Below, in pieces: positions 41,506 to 53,375 of a stretch of DNA of 64,000 bases. The notes below the pieces were generated by a model. It was given only the letters and a program-made list of their open reading frames with translations. It was not told the DNA's origin and made no database searches. Made by a program: the position numbers and the translations under genes. Each line of letters starts with the position of its first letter. Within the stretch, counting starts at the first letter, position 1. Source of the DNA: an uncultured SAR86 cluster bacterium (GTDB lineage: Bacteria; Pseudomonadota; Gammaproteobacteria; Magnimaribacterales; AG-339-G14); assembly GCA_902604535.1 (NCBI GenBank), contig CACKZK010000004.1, positions 14,620 through 78,619 of the forward strand, given 5' to 3'.

Positions 41506-42456
41506 TTAATTCTCGGAATCCCTTCTTATTACATAAGGACGTTTTTTATTCGAAAAGTAAATTCTAACGACCACTTCAGCCAATAATCCGGTTGTTAAAA
41601 GTTGGGTTCCAAACACAACAGAAAGTATTCCGCCGTAAAATAAAGGTCTATCGCCTAGGTCTATGCCGAGCATTATTTTTTGGGCACTTAATATAAATAA
41701 GATAATTATTCCAAGGCCCAGAAACACTAAACCAGGAAAACCAAAAAAGTGTGCTGGTTTAGATAAAAATCTTTGGAAAAAAATAATTGAAAATAAATCC
41801 AAAGGTACTCTCGCAATTCTTCCAAACCCATACTTACTCTCGCCAGCAATTCTAGGTCTATGATTTACAACCTCCTCGCTTATTCTTGCCTTATCTGTAT
41901 ATAGACTCATCCAAGCAGGAATTAACCGATGCATTTCACCGAACAATTGAACTGCTTTGAGGGTTTTATTTCTGTAGACCTTTAAGCTACATCCGTAATC
42001 ATGGAGTTTTATATCAGTCGACCAGCCAATTAAAGAATTTGCCATCTTTGATATGAGACTTCTAAGAAAAGGATCTTTTCTGTCTTTTCTCCATCCAACA
42101 ATTAAATCCAATTTTTCTTCTTTCAGCCTATTCAAAAGTCTTAAAATATCCTTCGGATCGTTTTGAAGATCACCGTCCAAAGTTGCTATGTATTTTCCTT
42201 GCACGTGGTCAAAACCTGCTTGCATTGCAGCTGTTTGCCCTGAATTCCTTCCTAATTGCAGGTACCTGACTTCTTTTTTTAATTTGGCAATTGATTCACA
42301 TATATCTCCAGTATTATCTTTACTTGAATCATCAACAATGAGTAATTCCCATTCTTTGTCTAGAGATTCCATCGATTGATAAATTTCATCGACGAGAGGT
42401 TTTATATTTTCTTCCTCGTTGTAAACAGGAACAACAATGCTTAAATAAGTTTTCAT
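41506..42456 (-). CDS. GT2-family polyprenyl-phosphate glycosyltransferase (ArnC/GtrB-like)
   Basis: 316 aa. LSIVVPVYNEEENI and DGDLQNDP motifs, with two C-terminal hydrophobic helices. ATGA overlap with the upstream gene. Confidence 0.8.
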   Translation of the reverse strand: MKTYLSIVVPVYNEEENIKPLVDEIYQSMESLDKEWELLIVDDSSKDNTGDICESIAKLKKEVRYLQLGRNSGQTAAMQAGFDHVQGKYIATLDGDLQNDPKDILRLLNRLKEEKLDLIVGWRKDRKDPFLRSLISKMANSLIGWSTDIKLHDYGCSLKVYRNKTLKAVQLFGEMHRLIPAWMSLYTDKARISEEVVNHRPRIAGESKYGFGRIARVPLDLFSIIFFQRFLSKPAHFFGFPGLVFLGLGIIILFILSAQKIMLGIDLGDRPLFYGGILSVVFGTQLLTTGLLAEVVVRIYFSNKKRPYVIRRDSEN

Positions 42457-44089
42457 GTCTTCTTAATGAATGTTGAAATAATTGCAAGGATAAGACTATA
42501 TAAAAGAACAGTAAAGTGGACCAATAAAGAAGCACTAATCATTGAATCGATATTAATATTTTTATCAAAAGAATTTAGTCCAAATATTATGCCTCCCTCA
42601 TATGTCCCCGTTCCTGCAAAGCCATGGATGGGTAGGATTGATGTTAATTCACCAAAAATAACGGCAACGAAAGAACTTTCTAAGCTTGCTGAAATCAAAG
42701 ATAACAGAAGATAAGTGAGTGCAAATATTTTTATGAACCAAGCTAACAAAGACAAAATCAAAATTTCAATTTTTTCAAAAAGATTTTTTTTAATATCTCT
42801 TTCTTGCAATAAATAACTTACTCCTAAATACCAAGTAACTAAAATTAAAAAATTAAGCATTAAAGAATAGTAGAAACTAAGAAAGACAAATAAAGACAAA
42901 AAAGTGATTGATAGAAGATCTGTGATCCTGAAAATAAAAAGTGCTCTGAGGGATATCTTATTATCGATCCCATAAGATTCTCTCAAAAGCAAAGGAAAAG
43001 AAAATTCTCCAATTCGCATAGGTAAGAAATTATTTAAAAAGTTATGCAAGAAAGTGATTCGCATAACTCCTAGACTCTTTGTTTCCTTATTAAAAAATCT
43101 TCTAATTCGAGCAGCCCTTATCAATAGGCTTAAAACCAAAAGACCTAATGCAACGGACACTAGGAGAAAATCCAAATTTTCTGTCATTAAAAGAAAGGAA
43201 CTAAAAGATCCATATTGATAGATTAAATATATGAATGTGGAAGAGATAAGCAAAGGCATAAAGATTTTAAAAAAATTACTCTGAGATACCTTTATTTTGG
43301 TGAAATATTCTAAAGCAATACTAAAAATGTTCTCTATCTTCAGTAAATTAAGAAATAAAAGGGGACTCAAGAAAATAAGAATGTATAACCAACCTATTTC
43401 ATTTGCAAAATCATAGGTAGAAAAATTGCCAATGATTAGTGTGTAAAGCGCGATGCTTAATAAAATAATGAAAAATACAGAATATAAAGTATCCAAAATT
43501 TTTGACGATCTATCTGCCAATGAAGCTGAGAGTAAAGGCAAACTAAAACCCAAAGAAGCCCCGATCAGAATATCCATTGGCCAGTGAGCCCCAACTAATA
43601 TCCTTGTAAAAGCAATAAGTGAAAAGGCGAAAATTAACAGTACAAAATAATTTTTTTTAATCATGCCTGAGACAACCAAACAAGAGAAAAATAAAAAGAG
43701 ACTAAATGCGTGTCCAGAAGGCACGGATTGAGAGGTCAAAAGAGGCTCAACAACAAAAAATTCTTCTCTTGCTAAGATTGCCCCAGGTCTTGGAATATCC
43801 AGTAAAATTTTTAACCCCCTTGAGAGCAAGATTCCAATAAGTGTAGATGAGGTGATTAACCTAAAAAATTTTCTTGAGTAATATATTGGGATTACAGATG
43901 CAATCATCAGTACGGCTGCGTTACCAAATTCGGTAAGAAAAGTGATAGCTGATTGATTTATAAAAGCTCCCGCACTATTTAGTCCAATAAAAATAAAGTT
44001 ATTTAGAACAATTACAGGATCTAAATAATTCAAACCAATCAGAACCAGCGCCAACGCAAAGACAATAGATCCTGTTTTGTGCTGGGGAT

Positions 44090-44093
<4 letters not shown>
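42453..44093 (-). CDS. Fusion membrane protein: N-terminal PAP2 lipid phosphatase + C-terminal flippase-like (UPF0104 / lysyl-PG-synthase TM region) domain
   Basis: 546 aa, GTG start. All three PAP2 motifs are intact: KILLDIPRP, PSGH, and TRILVGAHWPMD. The C-terminal half has LPMRIGEFSFPLLLRE and GFAGTGTYEGG, resembling UPF0104 signatures. Confidence 0.65.
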
Positions 44094-46658
<2,565 letters not shown>

Positions 46659-47171
46659 CTAATACTCAATTGTAGTTTCACTTTCTGAAATGAGAAAGTT
46701 TTCCCCTGTCCCCATTCCAAGCAAACCTGATCTAGTAACTTCTAAAAAATTTTGCTTATTTAAAGATAGAAGAAAATCATCAACTTCATGATTGGAACCA
46801 GTAACTTTGATCATTACAAATTCATCTTTATGATTAATAATTTCTCCTATAATAGGGAAGGCATTATCAATGATTTTTTTTGCTTCTTCCTCAGTAATTT
46901 TTAACTTCACAATAGCAATCTCCAGTGAGACTGATTCAACGTCAGAGAGATTTTGCACTTCAACAACATCAATAACTTTATTTAGTTGTTTGAGTATTTG
47001 AGAAATTACGCTTTCTTCTTCTTTAACAACCATCGTAAGCCTAGATAAAGATGAATCGTTTGTAGGAGCAACAGATAAAGAGTCTATGTTGTATCCTCTC
47101 TGAGAAAATAAACCCACGACCCTAGAAAGAGCTCCTGGTTGGTTTTCCATTAAGATTGATATGTGACTCAT
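46659..47171 (-). CDS. ilvH: Acetolactate synthase small (regulatory) subunit
   Basis: 170 aa. ISILMENQPGALSRVVGLFSQRGYNIDSLSVAPT ACT-domain pattern. Confidence 0.94.
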   Translation of the reverse strand: MSHISILMENQPGALSRVVGLFSQRGYNIDSLSVAPTNDSSLSRLTMVVKEEESVISQILKQLNKVIDVVEVQNLSDVESVSLEIAIVKLKITEEEAKKIIDNAFPIIGEIINHKDEFVMIKVTGSNHEVDDFLLSLNKQNFLEVTRSGLLGMGTGENFLISESETTIEY

Positions 47172-47172
47172 T

Positions 47173-48906
47173 TTAAAAAGTCTTTTTAGTTTTACTAACT
47201 CTCATTTCAGACATATTCCCTCCGGCTTCAAGCATAGGGTATACATGTTCTTCTGGATCAACATATACATCCATAAATACAAGTTTATCTTTCATGGAAA
47301 TACATTCGTCCATTCTCTCTTCTAGCTCGCTGATATCCTCTACCTTCATGCCCACATGCCCATAAGATTCTGCTAATTTAACGAAGTCGGGTAAGGAATC
47401 CTCATAGAGAATACTTGAATACCTTCCTCCGTATTGCATATCCTGCCACTGCTTTACCATTCCTAAAGCTCTGTTATTGAGATTAATTATTTTCACAGGC
47501 AATCCATATTGCATACAAGTAGATAGCTCTTGAATACACATTTGAATACTTCCTTCTCCAGTCACACAAACAACATCTTCGTCAGGGTAAGCAAATTTAA
47601 CTCCCATAGCAGAAGGTAGACCAAATCCCATTGTTCCAAGACCGCCAGAATTGATCCATTTTCTTGGTTCATCAAATTTATAATATTGAGCTGCAAACAT
47701 TTGATGCTGGCCTACATCAGAGGTTATAAATGCTTTTCCGTTGGTAGACTTATACAACGACTGTATTACCTGTTGGGGTAGGATTTGCTTCTGATGAAAT
47801 TTTTTATCTAAAAGATCATGATTGAGACCATGAGTTTCTCTCCAGTTTTGGATTTCCTTATTCCAAAGTTCTATTGATGTTTTATCAATATTTTTAGGAT
47901 CTATTTTACTGAGTATTTGATTTAAAATCTTTTTAGCATCGCCATTTAAAGATACATCAACATTTATAATTTTTTCAATGGATCCATAATCACAATCTAA
48001 GTGTATTTTTTTGGCATTTAATGAGTATTTTTGAGGATTGTTAGTTGTTCTGTCATCAAACCTTGAACCCAATGCAAAAATCAAATCAGATTCATGCATT
48101 GCCATATTAGCTTCATAGGTTCCATGCATCCCTAACATTCCAATAAAGTTATTATGACTAGCAGGGAAAGCCCCCAAACCCATTAACGTATTTGTAACAG
48201 GAGCATTCATGATATTCGCTAACTTCATTAGTTCCTCAGATGCATTGCCTTGAATGATCCCACCACCGGCATATAAAACAGGCTTTTTTGCATTCTCTAA
48301 TAATGAAACTGCCTCTTCTATATGGTTTTCTTCTACCTCAGAAGGAGCTGAATAAGATCTCATTTTTATTTCTTTAGGATACTGATAGTCAAAAAGATGA
48401 TTCGGATCTGTCATATCCTTTGGAACATCAATCACAACAGGTCCTGGCTTTCCTGTTTTTGCAATAACAAAAGCTTTTTTGACAACTTCTGGTATCTCTT
48501 CTGGGCTTTGAATAAGAAAACTATGTTTGACGATAGGTCGAGATATTCCCATCATATCTGTCTCTTGAAAGGCATCTGTTCCTATTAGATGACTTGCAAC
48601 CTGACCTGAAATTACCACTAGCGGGATAGAGTCCATATAAGCAGTTGCAATACCTGTAATTGCATTTGTTGCGCCAGGGCCAGAAGTTACAAGAACAGTT
48701 CCAACTCTTCCAGTAGCTCTGGCATATCCATCAGCAGCATGCACAGCTGCTTGTTCATGTCTGACTAGAATATGCTGAACTTTATCCTGTTGATAGATTG
48801 CATCATAAATATGTAGAGCAGCTCCTCCAGGATATCCAAAGAGAAGGTCAACGTTTTCATCTGCTAAGGCTCTGATAAGAGCCGAACCACCTGATTCTTT
48901 CTTCAT
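47173..48906 (-). CDS. ilvI: Acetolactate synthase large (catalytic) subunit
   Basis: 577 aa. ThDP-enzyme pattern GGSALIRALADENVDLLFGYPGGA... and ...GLGTMGFGLPSAMG.... Confidence 0.96.
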   Translation of the reverse strand: MKKESGGSALIRALADENVDLLFGYPGGAALHIYDAIYQQDKVQHILVRHEQAAVHAADGYARATGRVGTVLVTSGPGATNAITGIATAYMDSIPLVVISGQVASHLIGTDAFQETDMMGISRPIVKHSFLIQSPEEIPEVVKKAFVIAKTGKPGPVVIDVPKDMTDPNHLFDYQYPKEIKMRSYSAPSEVEENHIEEAVSLLENAKKPVLYAGGGIIQGNASEELMKLANIMNAPVTNTLMGLGAFPASHNNFIGMLGMHGTYEANMAMHESDLIFALGSRFDDRTTNNPQKYSLNAKKIHLDCDYGSIEKIINVDVSLNGDAKKILNQILSKIDPKNIDKTSIELWNKEIQNWRETHGLNHDLLDKKFHQKQILPQQVIQSLYKSTNGKAFITSDVGQHQMFAAQYYKFDEPRKWINSGGLGTMGFGLPSAMGVKFAYPDEDVVCVTGEGSIQMCIQELSTCMQYGLPVKIINLNNRALGMVKQWQDMQYGGRYSSILYEDSLPDFVKLAESYGHVGMKVEDISELEERMDECISMKDKLVFMDVYVDPEEHVYPMLEAGGNMSEMRVSKTKKTF

Positions 48907-48954
48907 AATTATTAAACAGTTTTAAAAAGATTCGAATTGTGACACTAGAAGGCT

Positions 48955-49914
48955 TTAAGTCAAGTTTTCATTGGTTTTTAGGCGATCCAATAAATTTTGA
49001 AAATCCTTCGGAATTTTGCTCTGAAAATTAACCGTTTCATTAGATGAGGGATCTATGAAGGAGAGTTCTGTAGCATGTAGTGCCTGTCTAGGAAACTTGA
49101 TAATAAAATCTTTCAAATCATCTGAAGTATTTTTTGCAAACCTTTGACTAGTTCCATAAGTTTTGTCACCAACCAAGGGATGTTTAATGTGACTGAAATG
49201 TACTCTAATCTGATGAGTCCTCCCTGTTCCTAGATAAGCTCGGATATAAGTATAAAAACCCAAAAATTCTAATACCTTGAATTTAGTAATTGCTTCTTTT
49301 CCTTTTTCTGTCACCGATTGTTTTGTTCTTACTGTGCGATGCCTTCCAATAGGGAATTCTAAAGTTCCTGCTCTAAGTGTTCTGCCAATCACGATGAGAT
49401 CATATCCCCTTTTGACAGTCCTAGAGGATATTTGATCTGATAAGTGTTTATAGGCTCTATCATTTCTTGCGATAACCATAAGTCCAGAAGTATCTTTATC
49501 TAAACGGTGGATTATCCCAGCTCGTGGCAAATCTGCGAGCTCTGGAAAATTAAACAGTAAACTATTGAGAATAGTTCCAGACTTGTTTCCTGAACCAGGA
49601 TGTACAACAATCCCCGGAGCTTTATTTATTACTATGAAGTCCTTTGTTTCTTTTTTTATTTCAATCTCAATATTTTGAGGTAGATTTTCAACTTCTGTAT
49701 CAATTTGACCAGATAAACTAACTTTACTGCCTACTGGAACCTTCTCACTGACCTTAGATATTTTTTTACAATCAATAGATAAGAAATCTAGCTCTATGAA
49801 CTTTTTGATTTGCATTCTTGAGAACTCTGGAAATTTTTTGGAAATTATTACATCTATCCTTTTTCCTGAATCTTCAGCATCAACCTCGAAATCAATGGAA
49901 ATTTTTTTTGGCAT
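48955..49914 (-). CDS. rluD: 23S rRNA pseudouridine synthase, RluA family (RluD-like)
   Basis: 319 aa. N-terminal S4-like region and HRLDKDTSGLMVIA catalytic motif. Divergent from bamD as in E. coli. Confidence 0.88.
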   Translation of the reverse strand: MPKKISIDFEVDAEDSGKRIDVIISKKFPEFSRMQIKKFIELDFLSIDCKKISKVSEKVPVGSKVSLSGQIDTEVENLPQNIEIEIKKETKDFIVINKAPGIVVHPGSGNKSGTILNSLLFNFPELADLPRAGIIHRLDKDTSGLMVIARNDRAYKHLSDQISSRTVKRGYDLIVIGRTLRAGTLEFPIGRHRTVRTKQSVTEKGKEAITKFKVLEFLGFYTYIRAYLGTGRTHQIRVHFSHIKHPLVGDKTYGTSQRFAKNTSDDLKDFIIKFPRQALHATELSFIDPSSNETVNFQSKIPKDFQNLLDRLKTNENLT

Positions 49915-49947
49915 GTTTTTTAACCTTTAAACAGATAGAATTAACGA

Positions 49948-50721
49948 ATGTTATCTAGTAACAAGTACTATTTTATCTTTAATCTGCCTTTTTTACTGAT
50001 CTTGATGAGCTTATCTTCATCTTGTGCAAATAAAGATGAAACAATTGAAAGAGTTCTGCTAGAAAAAGAACTATTTGATCAAGCTCAAAATAGATTAAGA
50101 TCAGGTAATTTTGCCGCTGCCGCAATGAGCTTAGAAATGCTTGAGGCTAGATATCCTTTTGGACGATTTGCGACTCAAGCCCAATCTGAATTAATTTATG
50201 CTTACTTTAAATCAGCAAACTATGATGCTGCTATTTCTGCTGCTGATAGATTCATAAGTTTGCACCCCAATCATCCCAACGTTGATTATGCTTACTATTT
50301 AAAAGGAATGTCTGGCTACACTGCTGATATGTCAATTTTTAATCCAAATATGATCCTTGAAGATGCCGCCTCGAAGAGAGATCTAAATCAAGCAAAAAAA
50401 TCTTTCTCTGACCTAAGTGACTTTTTACTTAGATTTCCAGATAGCGATTATGCGGATCAAGCAAGACAACGTATGGTTTTCTTAAGAAACTTAGTTGCAA
50501 AAAAGGAAATTTATGTTGCGACTTTTTATATGGAAAGAAAAGCTTATGTTGCAGCATTAAATAGAGCTAATTACGTGATAGAGCATCTGCCAAATAGCTC
50601 CCAAGTTGAGCAAGCTCTAGAGATAAAAATTCAAGCATACAAAGAACTAAATCAATCAGATCTAGCCGACATAACTCAGGATTTACTCAAAGCTTTCAAA
50701 GAAGAAAAAATCAAATCCTAA
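49948..50721 (+). CDS. bamD: Outer membrane protein assembly factor BamD (lipoprotein)
   Basis: 257 aa. Lipobox LSSSC after a hydrophobic signal, TPR-like repeats, and rluD-bamD divergent synteny. Confidence 0.85.
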   Translation: MLSSNKYYFIFNLPFLLILMSLSSSCANKDETIERVLLEKELFDQAQNRLRSGNFAAAAMSLEMLEARYPFGRFATQAQSELIYAYFKSANYDAAISAADRFISLHPNHPNVDYAYYLKGMSGYTADMSIFNPNMILEDAASKRDLNQAKKSFSDLSDFLLRFPDSDYADQARQRMVFLRNLVAKKEIYVATFYMERKAYVAALNRANYVIEHLPNSSQVEQALEIKIQAYKELNQSDLADITQDLLKAFKEEKIKS

Positions 50722-50909
50722 TGGCTATATTAATTTCAGTTTTAATCTTTATCGGAATAATTGTAGGTCTAGCTCGTCTTTTAGGAGAGAGTTCGGTTGA
50801 TATTAGTGAAGATCAATCGAGCATGGTCAAATGTATAGAATGTGATGTTTACTTTCCCATGTTTGAGGCTAGGAAAACATCAAGGGGTTGGATCTGTAAA
50901 GATCATTAA
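50721..50909 (+). CDS. Small membrane-anchored Cys-rich protein (PP0621-family-like)
   Basis: 62 aa. N-terminal TM helix, then CIECDVYFP...WICKDH (CxxC...CxxH). TAATG-coupled to bamD. I recall the P. putida PP0621 gene sitting next to bamD. Confidence 0.45.
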   Translation: MAILISVLIFIGIIVGLARLLGESSVDISEDQSSMVKCIECDVYFPMFEARKTSRGWICKDH

Positions 50910-53218
50910 AATTTATATCTTAGTTTCAGAATAAATTGATCAGAGTAAGTAGTATTCCATCCAGTTGAATATAAATCCCCAAAAGATCTTATATCATTAT
51001 CATCATTATCATAATAATATCCGCCTCTTGTATAAACTGCATAAAAATTGGATAAAGGAGACAGTTCATACCTATACCTTATCTGGAAAGCGACCTGACT
51101 TAATTCAAATGGATTAAGAGATCCATCATAATTAATCATCTTCCCGTCAGTGCTTACATAGTAAGGATCTGGATCGTTGGCAGTTAGAGAATAAAATTGA
51201 GCTTTAATTCTTAACTCATGAATATTATTTTTTATCCAACCCAAAGATAAGGATGATGATAGTTTCTTCTTTTTATAATAACCAAACACATTATCAAATT
51301 CGTATTTGACCCAATTTTTATATTCATCATATCTAATGAGAGCAAGATTTAAGTCCAGATCTTGAGAAGGCTTAACAATTGCTCCTAAATTAAAACCCCA
51401 ACCCTCTCCTCTTTTAGAGTTTAAGGGATTATCAAATTTGTAGCCTCCAGATGAACTTTCAATTTTTATGAATGGTATGAAAATTTTCTGTTTTGGTGCT
51501 GAATATCTCATACTCAATAAGTATCCTCCAAGTCTCCTTATGTAAGGGGAATCTGAATAATTTCTTGTTTCAACGAAATCTTTTCCAGGTGACAGAATGC
51601 ACTCACAGAAAATATCAATTGAAGAAAAATCTTTCAAATCCAAATTTAATGATATCCATGCCATCGCTCCGCCATTTATTCCAGATATGCTTCGTTGATG
51701 TCCACTATTCAAATCTAATGTAAGACTTCTAATTAGAGAACTTTCTGAGAAATTGGTTTCTTTGTAAACAGCTGTAATGCCTGTTTCAGCAAAATTTCTC
51801 ATATCTAAGTAACCCATATCATTCATTTCATAGCCTTCATCATAAATACCAAAACCCCAAAGAGCGGAAAACTTTTCTGTAAAGTTTCTTGCTACTCTTC
51901 CTCTAAGAGCTACTCCCTCTGTTGTAGTTGAGTCAGAATCAATATTTGAATAACTTAGAGTCCCTGAGAATCTACTTGATTCATCGAAAGAATAATCAAA
52001 ATCCATTGTATGCACTTGAGCAGACCTAGTTATAGTTGGACGGTCAACATAAGTTAATAGATATCCAATGCGAAGATCATCTAAACTTTTTCTGTACCTA
52101 ATAGACTGGAAATTTCTTCCTTTATAAAATCTACCGTCCCTTTCAAAAGCTGAGAAAATTCCAAATTCGTCATCTGCCTCAGTCTGGGTATATCTTAGGG
52201 CCAAATCTATTTCACTGTATGTTTTTCTTTGAAGGTTACAGCTTGATTCATCTATTTCTGAAGAGCAATTATAGTCTGGTCGAGCACCAATCCTTCTTGT
52301 GTTTATTAAAAAAGAAGTTCTACCTCTTATTTGAAAAAGGTCCTGGTTTTCAGTAAAAAAAGGTCGTTTATCTTCATAAAAGGTCTCAATTGCATCAAAA
52401 CTTACAATAACATCATCACTTTCTACTTGACCAAAATCAGGATTTAAAGTGACATCTAATCTTTTTTCTGAATCTATTGCCCAAAATATTTCTCCACCAA
52501 TTTTATTCTCTTGTTTTCCACTCACCTCTTCCTGAGAAATAGAAATATAAGGAAAGTAATCAACTTGTGAGCTAGAGTTTTTTGCAAAATTTCTTATTTT
52601 TATAGGATGAAATCTTGAGATAAATTTTGTATCAGTCCAATTAATTTTAGGGAAACCATGCCATTCATTTTTAAAAAAATAACCTCTAGATGTCCTAACA
52701 TTTATTTCAATAAATTCTTTATCGGAAGTTTCCAATGGAGCAACATCCCAAGGAATCAAGAATTCAGCAAACCAAGCATCCTTATTTTGAGAAGTTTTAG
52801 CAAACCAAATTGCATCCCAATCTGATGATGGTTGATTTTCATTAGCCCAAACAGCATCTCCGATTGATCCACCCAAAGATACTGCAAAGCTATAGGCTCT
52901 TATGCCGTTTCCGTTGAAGTCTATTGCTAGAAAGGCTCTGTCTGCAGATGCATCCATAACGTCTCTTTTATGAAGCAAAGTTGTTTGATTCTCAATAGGT
53001 TGTTGATAATTTTTAAACCCAAAATATATCCCATCTTTGTTAGCAAAATATAAAACCTCAGTTTCAACCTCTGGAGTAGCATAAGTTAAGGGTTCGGTAA
53101 CAAAAAAAGTATCAATAACGCCTGCAGAATCCCACTCAATTTCATCTAATTTTCCATCAATTACTATTTCCGCTGATAATTGTGTGAAAAAAAATAGAAT
53201 TATTATTTTTCTAATCAT
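50906..53218 (-). CDS. Outer-membrane protein, N-terminal CBM9/DOMON-like domain + DUF5916-type beta-barrel (paralog 1)
   Basis: The track ORF starts at TTG 53275. The ATG at 53218 gives the signal peptide MIRKIIILFFFTQLSAE. IDGKLDEIEWDSA N-domain motif. Long amphipathic-strand C-terminal region ending ...LKLRYKF. The family name is from memory. Confidence 0.65.
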   Translation of the reverse strand: MIRKIIILFFFTQLSAEIVIDGKLDEIEWDSAGVIDTFFVTEPLTYATPEVETEVLYFANKDGIYFGFKNYQQPIENQTTLLHKRDVMDASADRAFLAIDFNGNGIRAYSFAVSLGGSIGDAVWANENQPSSDWDAIWFAKTSQNKDAWFAEFLIPWDVAPLETSDKEFIEINVRTSRGYFFKNEWHGFPKINWTDTKFISRFHPIKIRNFAKNSSSQVDYFPYISISQEEVSGKQENKIGGEIFWAIDSEKRLDVTLNPDFGQVESDDVIVSFDAIETFYEDKRPFFTENQDLFQIRGRTSFLINTRRIGARPDYNCSSEIDESSCNLQRKTYSEIDLALRYTQTEADDEFGIFSAFERDGRFYKGRNFQSIRYRKSLDDLRIGYLLTYVDRPTITRSAQVHTMDFDYSFDESSRFSGTLSYSNIDSDSTTTEGVALRGRVARNFTEKFSALWGFGIYDEGYEMNDMGYLDMRNFAETGITAVYKETNFSESSLIRSLTLDLNSGHQRSISGINGGAMAWISLNLDLKDFSSIDIFCECILSPGKDFVETRNYSDSPYIRRLGGYLLSMRYSAPKQKIFIPFIKIESSSGGYKFDNPLNSKRGEGWGFNLGAIVKPSQDLDLNLALIRYDEYKNWVKYEFDNVFGYYKKKKLSSSLSLGWIKNNIHELRIKAQFYSLTANDPDPYYVSTDGKMINYDGSLNPFELSQVAFQIRYRYELSPLSNFYAVYTRGGYYYDNDDNDIRSFGDLYSTGWNTTYSDQFILKLRYKF

Positions 53219-53375
53219 ATTTATTGCTTTAATGAGTGTTTGAGTCAAATTGAACTTAGAAAAGAAATTGGGCAATATTCTATCTGAATTAATCCGACCA
53301 ATGTTGTAGAAGAATCAATTAATATATTCTGAGAATGAAAATTATAAAGATTTTTAAATTTACTTACGAAGAATT

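Noticed and set aside
53219-53375. The 157-nt spacer between the two OM paralogs, examined for a promoter, a terminator or a small ORF.
   Set aside because: It contains a TAGAAT (followed by attgccc) but no acceptable -35. The TTGACT, 17 nt, AATAAA arrangement ends 1 nt from the ATG, which is too close. There is no ATG-initiated ORF and no stable hairpin, so it is left unannotated.
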